Assembly (NCBI GenBank): GCA_020630515.1
Contig: JAHDBG010000001.1
Coordinates: 3,197-67,196 of the forward strand
Direction of reading: 5' to 3'
Length of the DNA stretch: 64,000 bases
Source of the DNA: Gammaproteobacteria bacterium
GTDB lineage: Bacteria; Pseudomonadota; Gammaproteobacteria; Chromatiales; Chromatiaceae
The notes beneath the pieces are model-generated. The model was not told the DNA's origin, ran no database searches, and was given only the letters and a program-made list of their open reading frames with translations. The position numbers and the translations under genes were made by a program. Below are positions 33,703 to 43,312 of this stretch, in pieces. The number at the start of each line of letters is the position of its first letter. Position 1 is the first letter of the stretch.

Positions 33703-35853
33703 TTATGTGTTGATATCCGACTGATGAGTGACTGAGGTACGGTTGTTTGCATAAATGCAGTGGCGCGCATCGCTCCGCACTGAATCGTTCTGGTGATGTC
33801 CGGTTTCAGGTATTTCCCGATGCTTGATCAAAGACCATAAGACATTGCCTAATCCAATGAAGGTATTCACGTACCAGATAGCCATGCTGACTGCAAGACC
33901 TGTATGTAAAAGATAAATGCCCGGGATGATGAGAAAGCCCGGTACAAAGCTGATTACCAGGTTTTTTTGCATGGTCTGTTCAAACTGATCACCTAACCGG
34001 AAAAACTCCGGGACTTTGGCCAATGTGCCATCCATCAGCACCACTTGCGCGGTATCCGTGGCAGCACTGGATGCGCCGGATAAGGAAAGCGAAACATGAG
34101 CTTTTTTCAGTGCAATCGCGTCATTAATGCCATCCCCGACGAAACAGACAAAGCGCCCCTGTGCCTGCAGCTGTTCGACATAGTCAGCCTTATGTTCAGG
34201 TAATACACCAGAAAAATAATGTTGAATACCAAGTGATTGTGCCAGGCTGCGTGTAGGCCCGGCATGGTCACCAGAGATAATATATAGCCGTATGTTACGC
34301 TGTTGTAAAAATTGTACTATTTCGGCTGCTTCTGGCCGGATGGTTGGTTGCAGCGTAAGGATACCAGCCAGCTCCTGATTGACCGCAACATAGATCAGGC
34401 TGTGTCCATGTTCATCTGACTGTGCCTGCAATGCTTGAAGTGTGTCAGGTAATACAACGCCTTGTTGTTGTAAGAACCGTGCGCTACCGACCTGGATACA
34501 GTCATCCTGACAGTGTACCCGGATGCCGTAACCGAGGTTATAGTTTGCAGTATCCGGGATGGGTAATTCCAGTTGTTCTGCTGCTGCTCTGGCCAGGATG
34601 GCCTTTGCCACCGGATGTGGCTGACGGTACTCTGCGACGGCAGCGTAACGTAATACATCGGTTTCGGTATAGTGACCAAATGGCCGGATAGCACTGACTG
34701 TGGGTTGTTCCAGCGTGAGGGTGCCGGTCTTATCAAACACGACGGTATCAACATCACGTAATAATTCAAAGACCCGCCCGTCTTTGATCAGAATGTTGCG
34801 GCGAGACAGGATTTGCAGATAACTCATCACACTTAACGGGCCGAGCGTTGCCATCAGCCCGCCAAGATTTGCCCATAACATCGCCAGTGCTGATTCGGAT
34901 CCCAGAACAGGCAGGGTCAGTACACTCAGCCCAATGGTAACCGGTAGATACTGGTTCGCGATCTGGCAGCCACGCGTGGTCAGGTTGTCTTTATAACTTT
35001 GGGTTTCACTGAGTACTGTGCCAATCTTTGCAGCGAGTGTGGCTTCACCAGTGGTTTGTACCTGAATGTGTAACTGACCGGATAATAATAAAGTCGCAGC
35101 GAAGACCTCATGACCAGGCGTTTTTTCCACCGGCTGGCTCTCGCCGGTCAGGATATGCTGATCCACCTGGCCATGGCCTGCTGTGATGATACCATCAATC
35201 GGGATAATTTCACCTGGATGTACAATAACCTGGTCGCCTGCCTGCAGATCCTGAAACGGAATCTGGATTTCGGCGTCATCCACCATGATCCAGATCTGTT
35301 CCGGGCGATCACAAAACACATTGATCAGCTGATAATGTGAGGCTTCTTCCATTCGATTGACGATGCGTGCCAGAAAACCCGTGATGATCGCTGAAACAGC
35401 AGCAAAGATGAATCTGCCAGACGCCAGCATCCAGCAGATCATGATCAGTGAGACTATTTGGAAGGTGAAATAATGACCGCGTTGAAAATCCTTGCGGATC
35501 AGCTTCAGTATATCTTTCGTCAGATAAAGTACGGCAGCTGTACTGATCAGATTCATGACCGGGAAATAAGCACCGGATATAGCCAGGGCTAATGCGCACA
35601 GTCCAAACTTCTGCTGTCGTTGCGCGCGCTCTTTTTCTGCCTGAAGTTGCTGTTGCACTGCCGGACTGATGGCACCGTGTAACTGGTTCTGCCCGGTAGC
35701 CTGAAGCGCTTCCCGGATATCGCGCCATAGTTGCCGCAGCGGTCTGTGCTGCGTGGTGGGTAAGACACGATTCTGTTTTTCCGGAACAGGCCGACTTCGC
35801 CAGAGACGATAGCCCAGAGCTCCAGCACTTAATGTTGCCAGCTCAATCCACAT
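33703..35853 (-). CDS. P1B-like P-type ATPase lacking a CPx motif and an N-terminal metal-binding domain (copy 2)
   Basis: TGESQPVEK, DKTGTLT, the N-domain PHP and GDGINDAIALK are present. There is no cysteine motif in the helix before ILIKDG. The architecture matches the 24260-26281 copy. Confidence 0.85.
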   Translation of the reverse strand: MWIELATLSAGALGYRLWRSRPVPEKQNRVLPTTQHRPLRQLWRDIREALQATGQNQLHGAISPAVQQQLQAEKERAQRQQKFGLCALALAISGAYFPVMNLISTAAVLYLTKDILKLIRKDFQRGHYFTFQIVSLIMICWMLASGRFIFAAVSAIITGFLARIVNRMEEASHYQLINVFCDRPEQIWIMVDDAEIQIPFQDLQAGDQVIVHPGEIIPIDGIITAGHGQVDQHILTGESQPVEKTPGHEVFAATLLLSGQLHIQVQTTGEATLAAKIGTVLSETQSYKDNLTTRGCQIANQYLPVTIGLSVLTLPVLGSESALAMLWANLGGLMATLGPLSVMSYLQILSRRNILIKDGRVFELLRDVDTVVFDKTGTLTLEQPTVSAIRPFGHYTETDVLRYAAVAEYRQPHPVAKAILARAAAEQLELPIPDTANYNLGYGIRVHCQDDCIQVGSARFLQQQGVVLPDTLQALQAQSDEHGHSLIYVAVNQELAGILTLQPTIRPEAAEIVQFLQQRNIRLYIISGDHAGPTRSLAQSLGIQHYFSGVLPEHKADYVEQLQAQGRFVCFVGDGINDAIALKKAHVSLSLSGASSAATDTAQVVLMDGTLAKVPEFFRLGDQFEQTMQKNLVISFVPGFLIIPGIYLLHTGLAVSMAIWYVNTFIGLGNVLWSLIKHREIPETGHHQNDSVRSDARHCIYANNRTSVTHQSDINT

Positions 35854-36027
35854 CTGAGCTATCCTGCCAGGAGCTTCGGGCGGCTAAAGTGTTCTCCATC
35901 TTCAAGACCAATATTTAAAAGAGGGTATCCTGATGTGATATTTTATTCCACTAGCATCGGTTTGAATCGAAACCGTTGTAGTGGTGTTCCTTGATAAGGA
36001 TCGTGTGAAGGTATCTAACGGGTTACA

Positions 36028-36801
36028 ATGATGAGTTTGTCAGGTTCTGTAAACAAAAAATCTTTGGCATGGGATACCATGCGTGGTACATTCGATTCTT
36101 GTGGAGGAGAAAGCTTTCATCCGACTGATGAAGAAATTAAATTATTTTTAGATTCTGTATCTCCGCAAGACAACATAGCAGTGATTGGTGCTATCACAAA
36201 AAAACTGGTAGATTCACTGATAGCAAAAAATATCAATCCGGTGGTTCTGGATTTTTCTCATGATATGTGCCAGGACTTAAAAAAAGTATCTGGGTTACAA
36301 ACAATTTATTTATATGATGTGATGCAGGAACCGCCGGGGGATCTTGTCGGAAAATTTGATTTTATTCTGACACATCGGCTGCTCAATCAGTTCATGCGCG
36401 AAGAAGTAATTCGTGTCTTATACAATATGGTACAACTTTTAAAACCTCAAGGCCGTATCCGAACATCTGTTAAATTGGGTTTTTATGCGTCAGATGTAGA
36501 TCTTATTGAGCAGGGGAAGCAGAAGAATATCGTACAGAAATTTTATGACCCACACACAAAAACGATAGACTTCTCAGCCGCAGGGCCATTGCTGGATAAA
36601 TTAGTTCAGGTACAATCTGATATACCGGAAGATACCTTGATAAGGTGGTATAAGCTACGCGGGGAAATTAGCCGGTTTGAGTGTCAGGATATGATTGATA
36701 TCGCCAGCACATGTCAGGAGATTATGCTGGAATCTGTCATGCAACCTGAAAAAGCGAGTGTTGAAAACACTCATTTTTATACCTTCACTAAAATTATCTG
36801 A
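36028..36801 (+). CDS. Methyltransferase-fold protein with an eroded SAM motif I
   Basis: The sequence is low GC. The order IAVIGAITKK ... VVLDFSHDMC ... FDFILTHRLLNQF ... LLKPQGRI follows class I MTase motifs I, II and post-III, but the GxGxG loop is missing. The start has no clear RBS. Confidence 0.45.
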   Translation: MMSLSGSVNKKSLAWDTMRGTFDSCGGESFHPTDEEIKLFLDSVSPQDNIAVIGAITKKLVDSLIAKNINPVVLDFSHDMCQDLKKVSGLQTIYLYDVMQEPPGDLVGKFDFILTHRLLNQFMREEVIRVLYNMVQLLKPQGRIRTSVKLGFYASDVDLIEQGKQKNIVQKFYDPHTKTIDFSAAGPLLDKLVQVQSDIPEDTLIRWYKLRGEISRFECQDMIDIASTCQEIMLESVMQPEKASVENTHFYTFTKII

Positions 36802-36806
36802 AGATT

Positions 36807-37820
36807 ATGCAGGATTTGATCGGAACCAGTATTCAATATCAGCACAAATCACTATCTGTGTTAGACCAGCGTTGGTTACCGAAAAAAACCTGCTGGCGAC
36901 CCTGTAACACGATTGATGATATGGTGTATATGATCAGGACATTACAGATACGTGGTGCACCCCTGATTGGCATCGGTGCCTGCCTGATTCTGGCTCATCT
37001 GGCAGAACAGGGTATGCCTGAGACAGCACTGTATGCTGGTACAGAACAATTATCAGCAAGCCGCCCGACAGCCGTGAATTTAGGTCATTGTATGCAACAG
37101 GTTCAGGCTATTTTACAATATGCCGGGCCTGCGGGGGTTGTTGAATATACCGAGAACTTATTTGCAGAAGATGTCAGACTATGCAAAAAAATTGCACAGC
37201 ATGGTGCCGCATTGATTCCTGATAAGGCCAGTATCCTGACCCACTGTAATACCGGCAGCCTGGCGACTGCCGGAACAGGTACCGCTATGGGTGTGATCAG
37301 GGAGGCTAAGGCACAGGGTAAAGATGTTCATCTTTGGATCAGTGAAACACGCCCACTGTTACAGGGTGCCCGCCTGACAGCCTGGGAAGCTGCAGGCGCA
37401 GGTATACCGCATACCCTGATCTGTGACAGTACAGCAGCTATGTTGATGGCTCAGGGCAGAACAGATCAGATCTGGGTAGGTTGTGACCGGGTTGCTGCAA
37501 ACGGTGATACGGCAAATAAGATAGGAACCTATGCCTTAGCAGTGAGTGCCGCATATCATAATGTCCCCTTCTATGTGGCCATTCCGCATACCAGTTCAGA
37601 CAGTACCTGTCCGGATGGCAAACATATTCAGATTGAAGAACGGGATGCTGCAGAAGTGCAGGGCGTCAGCGGTCATGCCGGGACGGTAACGTGGGCGGCG
37701 CCACAGACACCAGTGTATAATCCGGCATTTGATATTACCCCTGCCGAACTGATAACAGGCTGGGTTTCAGATTCCGGGGTATATACGCAGCAACAGATTA
37801 CAGAACAGGGTGGTATCTGA
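36807..37820 (+). CDS. mtnA: S-methyl-5-thioribose-1-phosphate isomerase
   Basis: It has the eIF-2B/MtnA family pattern (LDQRWLP, IRGAPLIG, HCNTGSLATAG.GTA.GVI, ETRP.LQGARLTAWE, GCDRVAANGDTANKIGTY). Confidence 0.9.
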   Translation: MQDLIGTSIQYQHKSLSVLDQRWLPKKTCWRPCNTIDDMVYMIRTLQIRGAPLIGIGACLILAHLAEQGMPETALYAGTEQLSASRPTAVNLGHCMQQVQAILQYAGPAGVVEYTENLFAEDVRLCKKIAQHGAALIPDKASILTHCNTGSLATAGTGTAMGVIREAKAQGKDVHLWISETRPLLQGARLTAWEAAGAGIPHTLICDSTAAMLMAQGRTDQIWVGCDRVAANGDTANKIGTYALAVSAAYHNVPFYVAIPHTSSDSTCPDGKHIQIEERDAAEVQGVSGHAGTVTWAAPQTPVYNPAFDITPAELITGWVSDSGVYTQQQITEQGGI

Positions 37821-37821
37821 T

Positions 37822-38451
37822 ATGCAGGGCATAACAGATCAGAGTACAAACCTGGTACAAACACTGATCCGGACCGGTGACTGGATGCATCGCCAAGGTT
37901 GGTGTCCTGCCAGCAGCGGTAATCTGTCCGCACGCGCAGATCAGGACCATATCATCATAACCGTATCCGGTTGTGCCCTAGGTTCCCTGAATGACACAGA
38001 TTTAGTGAGGATTGATACACTGGGTGATCCATCTGACACACGACGTCAACCCTCTGCTGAAACCTTATTGCATGTTCAGCTATATCAACTGGAGCGCCAT
38101 ATCGGTACGATACTACATACACACTCCGTCGCAGCAACATTATTATCCAGAATGACAGTCGGCGATCAATTATCAATAACCGGTTATGAAATACAAAAAG
38201 CACTCAGTCACCTGAACAGCCACCTGTCAGAGGTGACATTAGCTATATTTGATAACTCTCAGGATATGCCGTCACTGGCTAAAAAAATTTCGCAATACCA
38301 TCATACAAGACCCATCCGGTGGGGTTTTCTGTTACGTAGTCATGGGTTATATGCGTTCGGAAAAAACCCGGCAGAAGCCCGGAGGCACCTTGAATGTCTG
38401 GAGTTTCTGATGGCTTGCGAACTACAAAACCTGATGATACATCCGGGTTAA
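37822..38451 (+). CDS. mtnB: Methylthioribulose-1-phosphate dehydratase (class II aldolase fold)
   Basis: GWCPASSGNLSAR, PSAETLLH and ILHTHS...GYEIQK are MtnB-like. The ATG at 37822 follows the mtnA stop. The track start at 37810 is a GTG. Confidence 0.85.
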   Translation: MQGITDQSTNLVQTLIRTGDWMHRQGWCPASSGNLSARADQDHIIITVSGCALGSLNDTDLVRIDTLGDPSDTRRQPSAETLLHVQLYQLERHIGTILHTHSVAATLLSRMTVGDQLSITGYEIQKALSHLNSHLSEVTLAIFDNSQDMPSLAKKISQYHHTRPIRWGFLLRSHGLYAFGKNPAEARRHLECLEFLMACELQNLMIHPG

Positions 38452-38469
38452 CTACAGGAGAAGGCAGAA

Positions 38470-39180
38470 ATGTCTGTTCAGGCCATACTGATGGATATTG
38501 AAGGTACTACCACCAGTATCAACTTTGTTAAAAAAGTATTGTTTCCTTATGCCTATACCCATATTCCGGACTATATCCATTATTATGCAGAGCATCCGTT
38601 AGTCAGTCAGGTGATACAACAAGTGCGCAAAGAAATCCACAATTCTACAGCGGATTCAGGTGATATCATCAATGTTTTACGCGACTGGATTGATCAGGAC
38701 AGGAAGGTCACTGCACTGAAGGATCTACAGGGTATGATATGGCAGAATGGTTATGAAAAAGGTGACTTTACCGGGCACCTGTATGCTGACGTGCCGCAAC
38801 ATTTGCGTTGCTGGAAACAACACGGTATCAGGCTGTATATCTTTTCATCCGGCTCAGTTGCAGCGCAGAAATTATTGTTCAGATTTAGTGATTATGGTGA
38901 TTTGTCTGATGATATATCAGACTATTTCGATACCAACACAGGCCATAAACGTGAACCTGAATCATACAATCGTATCATTGGTTCTGTTCAGCTGCCAGCG
39001 GATGATGTACTGTTTTTATCAGACACACCGGAAGAATGTGATGCAGCCCGGAAGGCTGGATTACAAACGATGTTGCTGCTGAGAAATCAGGTACACAGTG
39101 CGACAGCCGGATATCATCATCCGATAGCTTGCCAGTTCGATGAGATTGAGATCGTGGTCCAGTCGGGTTGTCAGGGGTAA
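38470..39180 (+). CDS. mtnC: Enolase-phosphatase E1 (HAD family)
   Basis: ILMDIEGTTTSINFVK is the HAD motif I in MtnC form, and the WKQHGIRLYIFSSGS block is present. An AGGAGAAGG RBS sits upstream. Confidence 0.85.
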   Translation: MSVQAILMDIEGTTTSINFVKKVLFPYAYTHIPDYIHYYAEHPLVSQVIQQVRKEIHNSTADSGDIINVLRDWIDQDRKVTALKDLQGMIWQNGYEKGDFTGHLYADVPQHLRCWKQHGIRLYIFSSGSVAAQKLLFRFSDYGDLSDDISDYFDTNTGHKREPESYNRIIGSVQLPADDVLFLSDTPEECDAARKAGLQTMLLLRNQVHSATAGYHHPIACQFDEIEIVVQSGCQG

Positions 39181-39198
39181 ATCAGCAGGTGCTTGTCG

Positions 39199-39954
39199 TT
39201 AGTTGCAATGGTCATCCTGGCGACAGAATGCTGCGATAATCTGTAACATCGTACGCAGGCCGGCATCCCGATAAGTGGCTATCTCCTGTAGATCAATCAT
39301 GTCACCATCTGTTCCGGCAGCCCGGTTCACCACCAGTGCCAGACTGGCATACGCCAGACCCAGCTCGCGCGCCAGTGCGGCTTCCGGCATCCCGGTCATG
39401 CCAACCATATCGCACCCATCTCGTTGCAGGCGGCGTATTTCTGCTGCTGTTTCCAGCCTAGGTCCCTGAGTTACACCGTATACCCCGTGTGGCACACAGG
39501 CGATGTCGCCGGACTGTGCCGCCTGCAGCAAGGCCTGGCGTAACGGGGTGCTGTAGGGTAAGCTGAAATCAATATGCCCGAAGGTGTTGCCCAGGCTGGT
39601 CGCGAATGTGTGTTCGCGACTATAGGTGTAGTCAATGACCTGATCCGGAATACTAATCACTCCTGGCCCTAGTTCAGGATGGATGCCGCCGACTGTTGCC
39701 AGTCCGATGATCTGTTGTACCCCTGCTGCTCGCAGTGCCCACAGGTTTGCCCGATAGTTGATACGATGCGGCGGTATCTGATGTTGCAGGCCATGGCGCT
39801 GTAACACAATCACCGGACGGTCTGCCAGTCGGGCAGAATACAAAGGGGCTGATGGTTCGCCATATGGCGTGGTCTGAATTGCCAGGTAATCTGGTTCAGA
39901 AGTAACCAATGGCGTGAGATCGCAGCTGGCAATCAGGCCGGGTGTGTGTGGCAT
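39199..39954 (-). CDS. mtnP: S-methyl-5'-thioadenosine (or thioinosine) phosphorylase
   Basis: It has the PNP/MTAP family pattern (VLQRHG..H.IPPHRINYRANLWALR..GV, GPRLETAAEIRRL...GCDMVGMTGMPEA). Confidence 0.85.
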   Translation of the reverse strand: MPHTPGLIASCDLTPLVTSEPDYLAIQTTPYGEPSAPLYSARLADRPVIVLQRHGLQHQIPPHRINYRANLWALRAAGVQQIIGLATVGGIHPELGPGVISIPDQVIDYTYSREHTFATSLGNTFGHIDFSLPYSTPLRQALLQAAQSGDIACVPHGVYGVTQGPRLETAAEIRRLQRDGCDMVGMTGMPEAALARELGLAYASLALVVNRAAGTDGDMIDLQEIATYRDAGLRTMLQIIAAFCRQDDHCN

Positions 39955-39961
39955 AGCGGTA

Positions 39962-40819
39962 TCAGCTGGTGGCGGCCTGCACTGTATTCTGCAACAGACT
40001 GGCGACTGTCATGGGCCCGACACCGCCCGGCACGGGTGTGATCCAGGCTGCTGTGTTACAGGCCGCAGTATAATCAACATCACCGCACAGACTACCATCC
40101 GGCAGACGATTGATGCCAACATCAATCACCACTGCGCCTGGTCTGATCCAGTTGCCCGGAATGAAACGTGGTATGCCGACGGCGGCAATCACAATATCAG
40201 CAGCACGTACCTTATCGGCCAGCTGTACCGTCCTGCTGTGGCACAGAGTCGGGGTACAACCAGCGAGCAGCAGTTCCAGTAACATCGGGCGGCCCACGAT
40301 GTTGGATTGACCGACAATCACGGCATCTTTGCCGCGTAGCGGGATGCCGGTGTGCTGCAGTAGTGTCATGATTCCTTTCGGTGTACAAGGTCGCAGGGTT
40401 GGTCGGCGTAGCGTCAGACGGCCGATATTGTATGGATGAAACCCATCGACATCCTTGTGCGGCGCAATCCGCTCGGTCACCTGATGTGCCTCCACGTGTT
40501 CCGGCAGTGGTAACTGCACCAGAATGCCATGGATATCGTCCCGTGCATTCAGCTGGTCAATAGTCGCCAGTAATTCTGCCTGGGGACTGTCTGCCGACAA
40601 TCGGATCAGTTCAGAATGCAGTCCTGCCCGGGTACAGGCGCGCTGCTTGTTGCGCACATATACCTGCGAAGCCGGGCTATCGCCAACCAGCACCACCGCC
40701 AGGCCGGGCCGGGTCTGGCCCAAGCTCACAGTTTGTCTGATCTGTTCAATGATCTCGGCAGCGATGGCCTTGCCATCTAATAATTGTGCGCACATGCTGT
40801 CAGCATCTTCCATGGCCAA
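39962..40819 (-). CDS. folD: Bifunctional methylenetetrahydrofolate dehydrogenase/cyclohydrolase
   Basis: [27 protein letters not shown] and [13 protein letters not shown] are present. An alternative start at ATG 40795 (MCAQLLDGK) would remove the 20-nt overlap with pth. Confidence 0.93.
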   Translation of the reverse strand: MAMEDADSMCAQLLDGKAIAAEIIEQIRQTVSLGQTRPGLAVVLVGDSPASQVYVRNKQRACTRAGLHSELIRLSADSPQAELLATIDQLNARDDIHGILVQLPLPEHVEAHQVTERIAPHKDVDGFHPYNIGRLTLRRPTLRPCTPKGIMTLLQHTGIPLRGKDAVIVGQSNIVGRPMLLELLLAGCTPTLCHSRTVQLADKVRAADIVIAAVGIPRFIPGNWIRPGAVVIDVGINRLPDGSLCGDVDYTAACNTAAWITPVPGGVGPMTVASLLQNTVQAATS

Positions 40820-41429
40820 AGCGTACTCTCCTGTTCGTTTCTGAATTGTTATCCGTCCCTGATTGTGTATGCAGGAGCTGCATCACCGCTTGCCAGGCCC
40901 CGGTGTGAATCTGATCCCAGGCAGCAGTGATCTGATCTATTCCTGTCTGCAGCCTGGCTGTGTCTGCCTGATCGGGTGCTGACAGTACATGCTTCAGCAC
41001 TGCAGTTTTGTGTCCCGGATGCCCGATACCGATCCGCAGGCGTGGAAACGCCTGTGTACCCAGTATCTGGATGATATCACGCAGGCCGTTATGTCCGCCG
41101 TGCCCGCCCTGTTGTTTCAGCCGGACAGTGCCGGGTGGCAGATCCAGTTCGTCATGTACCACCATGATCTGGTCGGGCTGCAGTCGATAAAACTGTGTCA
41201 GGGCACCCACTGCACGACCACTCTGGTTCATGTAGGTGGTGGGTTTCAGCAGCCGCAGCTCACCGGCTGCCGGCGGCAATCGGGTGACCAGTCCGTGGAT
41301 TTTTTTTTCCTGATGGAAACTTACGTTATGTTGTTGTGCCAGACGGTCCAGTAGCCAGAAGCCGACATTATGCCGGTGACTGGCATAATCCGGCCCCGGA
41401 TTACCCAGACCGACCACACAACGTATCAT
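40800..41429 (-). CDS. pth: Peptidyl-tRNA hydrolase
   Basis: [21 protein letters not shown] and [12 protein letters not shown] are present. Confidence 0.92.
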   Translation of the reverse strand: MIRCVVGLGNPGPDYASHRHNVGFWLLDRLAQQHNVSFHQEKKIHGLVTRLPPAAGELRLLKPTTYMNQSGRAVGALTQFYRLQPDQIMVVHDELDLPPGTVRLKQQGGHGGHNGLRDIIQILGTQAFPRLRIGIGHPGHKTAVLKHVLSAPDQADTARLQTGIDQITAAWDQIHTGAWQAVMQLLHTQSGTDNNSETNRRVRFGHGRC

Positions 41430-41438
41430 CAGGACGGG

Positions 41439-42062
41439 TCAGTCTGCAGCGTCGTCTGTGTCTGCGCTGTCTTCTGTTGTTGCCTTTGGCATATGCACTG
41501 TCACTACCGTATCATTATGGCCTTCCTGTGCTAATGCCGGTATATCAACACCAGATGGTAGTACCAGATCGTTCAGGTGCAGGCTGTCGCCGGCCTGCAT
41601 CTGTCCGACATCAACTTCGATATATTCAGGCAGGTCTTTGACTGCACAGCTGATTTCAATATCAGTGAGGGCATGACCCGCCTTGCCACCTGCCTTGATT
41701 CCCGGCGCGTCAGCTTCATTAATGAAGTGCAGCGGGACATGTAGTCTGATCCGGTCTGTGTCGGTCACCCGCAGCAGGTCCAGATGCAGTATAAATGGTC
41801 TGGACGGATGCCGCTGCAGGTCTTTCAGTATCACCCGCTGGGTACTGTCTCCGAGCTTCAGCGACAGCACATGGGAATAAAATGCCTCGTGTGCCAGATG
41901 TTGTTCCAGTGTATTGTGTGCGGTGGCAAACTGTTGTGGTGCCTGACTACCACCGTACAGGATACCAGGTACCAGTCCCTGACGACGCAGGCGGCGGCTC
42001 GCACCCTTTCCATGCGTCTCACGAACTATGGCATCAATCTCAAAATTTTCCTGCATAATCAT
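41439..42062 (-). CDS. rplY: 50S ribosomal protein L25 / general stress protein Ctc
   Basis: RETHGKGASRRLRRQGLVPGILYG is present. A GGAG RBS lies 6 nt before the ATG at 42062. The track start at 42089 is probably too long. Confidence 0.88.
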   Translation of the reverse strand: MIMQENFEIDAIVRETHGKGASRRLRRQGLVPGILYGGSQAPQQFATAHNTLEQHLAHEAFYSHVLSLKLGDSTQRVILKDLQRHPSRPFILHLDLLRVTDTDRIRLHVPLHFINEADAPGIKAGGKAGHALTDIEISCAVKDLPEYIEVDVGQMQAGDSLHLNDLVLPSGVDIPALAQEGHNDTVVTVHMPKATTEDSADTDDAAD

Positions 42063-42163
42063 TTGGCTCCGGTAGTAACGTAACTGCACCTTCCGGGTAC
42101 AGTTTCAGATAATACCCCGGTGTCCGCGACCAGACAGGGGGGCAGTGAATTCAGAAGTGTCCA

Positions 42164-43129
42164 TTACTGGACAAATAATGAGCTGACCGACTCTTCGTCA
42201 TTGATACTGCGCATGGATTCAGCCAGCAGGCTGGCGATGGGCAGGGCACGTACCTTGCCACAGGCCTGTACTGCAGGGCTCAGCGGTATGGTATTGGAGA
42301 CCACCAATTCATCCAGAGCCGATTGTGTCAGGTTGTGGACTGCTGCGCCGGAAAGTACGGCATGGGTGCAGCAGGCGACCACTTGTACTGCTCCGGCGGC
42401 CTTCAATGCGTCGGCTGCCTTGCACAATGTGCCGGCGGTATCAACCAGATCATCCACGATCACGCAGGCGCGCCCGGCGACATCGCCGATGATGTTCATC
42501 ACCTGTGCTTCATTGGCCTTCGGGCGGCGCTTGTCGATGATGGCCAGATCGGCGTCATCAAGACTCTTTGCAATCGCTCGTGCACGCACCACACCACCGA
42601 CATCAGGTGAGACAACGACCAGATTCGGATATTTCTGCCGCCAGATATCGGCGACCAGCACAGGTGCGGCGTAGATGTTATCGACCGGGATATCAAAAAA
42701 GCCCTGGATCTGATCGGCATGTAAGTCCATTGTCAGCACCCGGTCAGTGCCGGCCTTGTCAATCATCTTGGCGGCCAGCCGGGCGGTGATCGGTACCCGT
42801 GCTGAGCGTGAACGACGATCCTGCCGTGCATACCCGAAGTATGGAATCACCGCTGTGATGCGGCGGGCGGAGGCCCAGCGTAGTGCATCCACCATCACCA
42901 GCAGTTCCATCAGGTTATCATTGGTTGGTGCGGATGTCGGTTGTACCACAAATACGTCACGTCCGCGTACGTTTTCGTGGATTTCGACCATCACTTCGCC
43001 ATCACTGAATTTGCCTACATCGGCCTGGCCCAGCGACAGATTGAGGTAGGTTGCGATACCTGCGGCCAGTTCCGGGTGGGCATTCCCGGTGAAGACCATC
43101 ATATTGCTGGACGGTGGGGACTTCAGCAT
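42164..43129 (-). CDS. prs: Ribose-phosphate pyrophosphokinase
   Basis: [13 protein letters not shown]...[13 protein letters not shown]...[11 protein letters not shown] is a Prs pattern. The track ORF start at 43237 runs into tRNA-Gln, so the start is at 43129 or 43102. Confidence 0.93.
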   Translation of the reverse strand: MLKSPPSSNMMVFTGNAHPELAAGIATYLNLSLGQADVGKFSDGEVMVEIHENVRGRDVFVVQPTSAPTNDNLMELLVMVDALRWASARRITAVIPYFGYARQDRRSRSARVPITARLAAKMIDKAGTDRVLTMDLHADQIQGFFDIPVDNIYAAPVLVADIWRQKYPNLVVVSPDVGGVVRARAIAKSLDDADLAIIDKRRPKANEAQVMNIIGDVAGRACVIVDDLVDTAGTLCKAADALKAAGAVQVVACCTHAVLSGAAVHNLTQSALDELVVSNTIPLSPAVQACGKVRALPIASLLAESMRSINDEESVSSLFVQ

Positions 43130-43205
43130 GGTCGGCCCTGGTATGGAATAAGGTGGGATAGCTGATTGAGGAGGTCCGGCTGAACCTGTATCAGTATAGA
43201 AGGTG

Positions 43206-43280
43206 TGGCTGGGGTGGCAGGATTCGAACCTGCGCATGCCGGAGTCAAAGTCCGGTGCCTTACCGCTTGGCTACACCCCA
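43206..43280 (-). tRNA. tRNA-Gln (anticodon UUG)
   Basis: The reverse complement reads TGGGGTG-TA-GCCAAGCGGTAAGGC-A-CCGGA-CTTTGAC-TCCGG-CATGC-GCAGG-TTCGAAT-CCTGC-CACCCCA-G-CCA. That gives 75 nt in a full cloverleaf. Confidence 0.93.
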
Positions 43281-43312
43281 AAAGAACGAAGTATCTGCGA
43301 GCGCAACAGTTT

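Noticed and set aside
35958-35975. The dyad CGGTTT-GAATCG-AAACCG in the divergent ATPase / methyltransferase-like intergenic region, as an operator or riboswitch element.
   Set aside because: It is short and imperfect. I could not match the region to SAM, THF or preQ1 riboswitch consensus by eye. It needs a covariance-model scan before any claim.
43130-43237. N-terminal extension of the prs ORF ([10 protein letters not shown]...).
   Set aside because: It overlaps the tRNA-Gln gene at 43206-43280 on the same strand. The Prs homology begins at [13 protein letters not shown].
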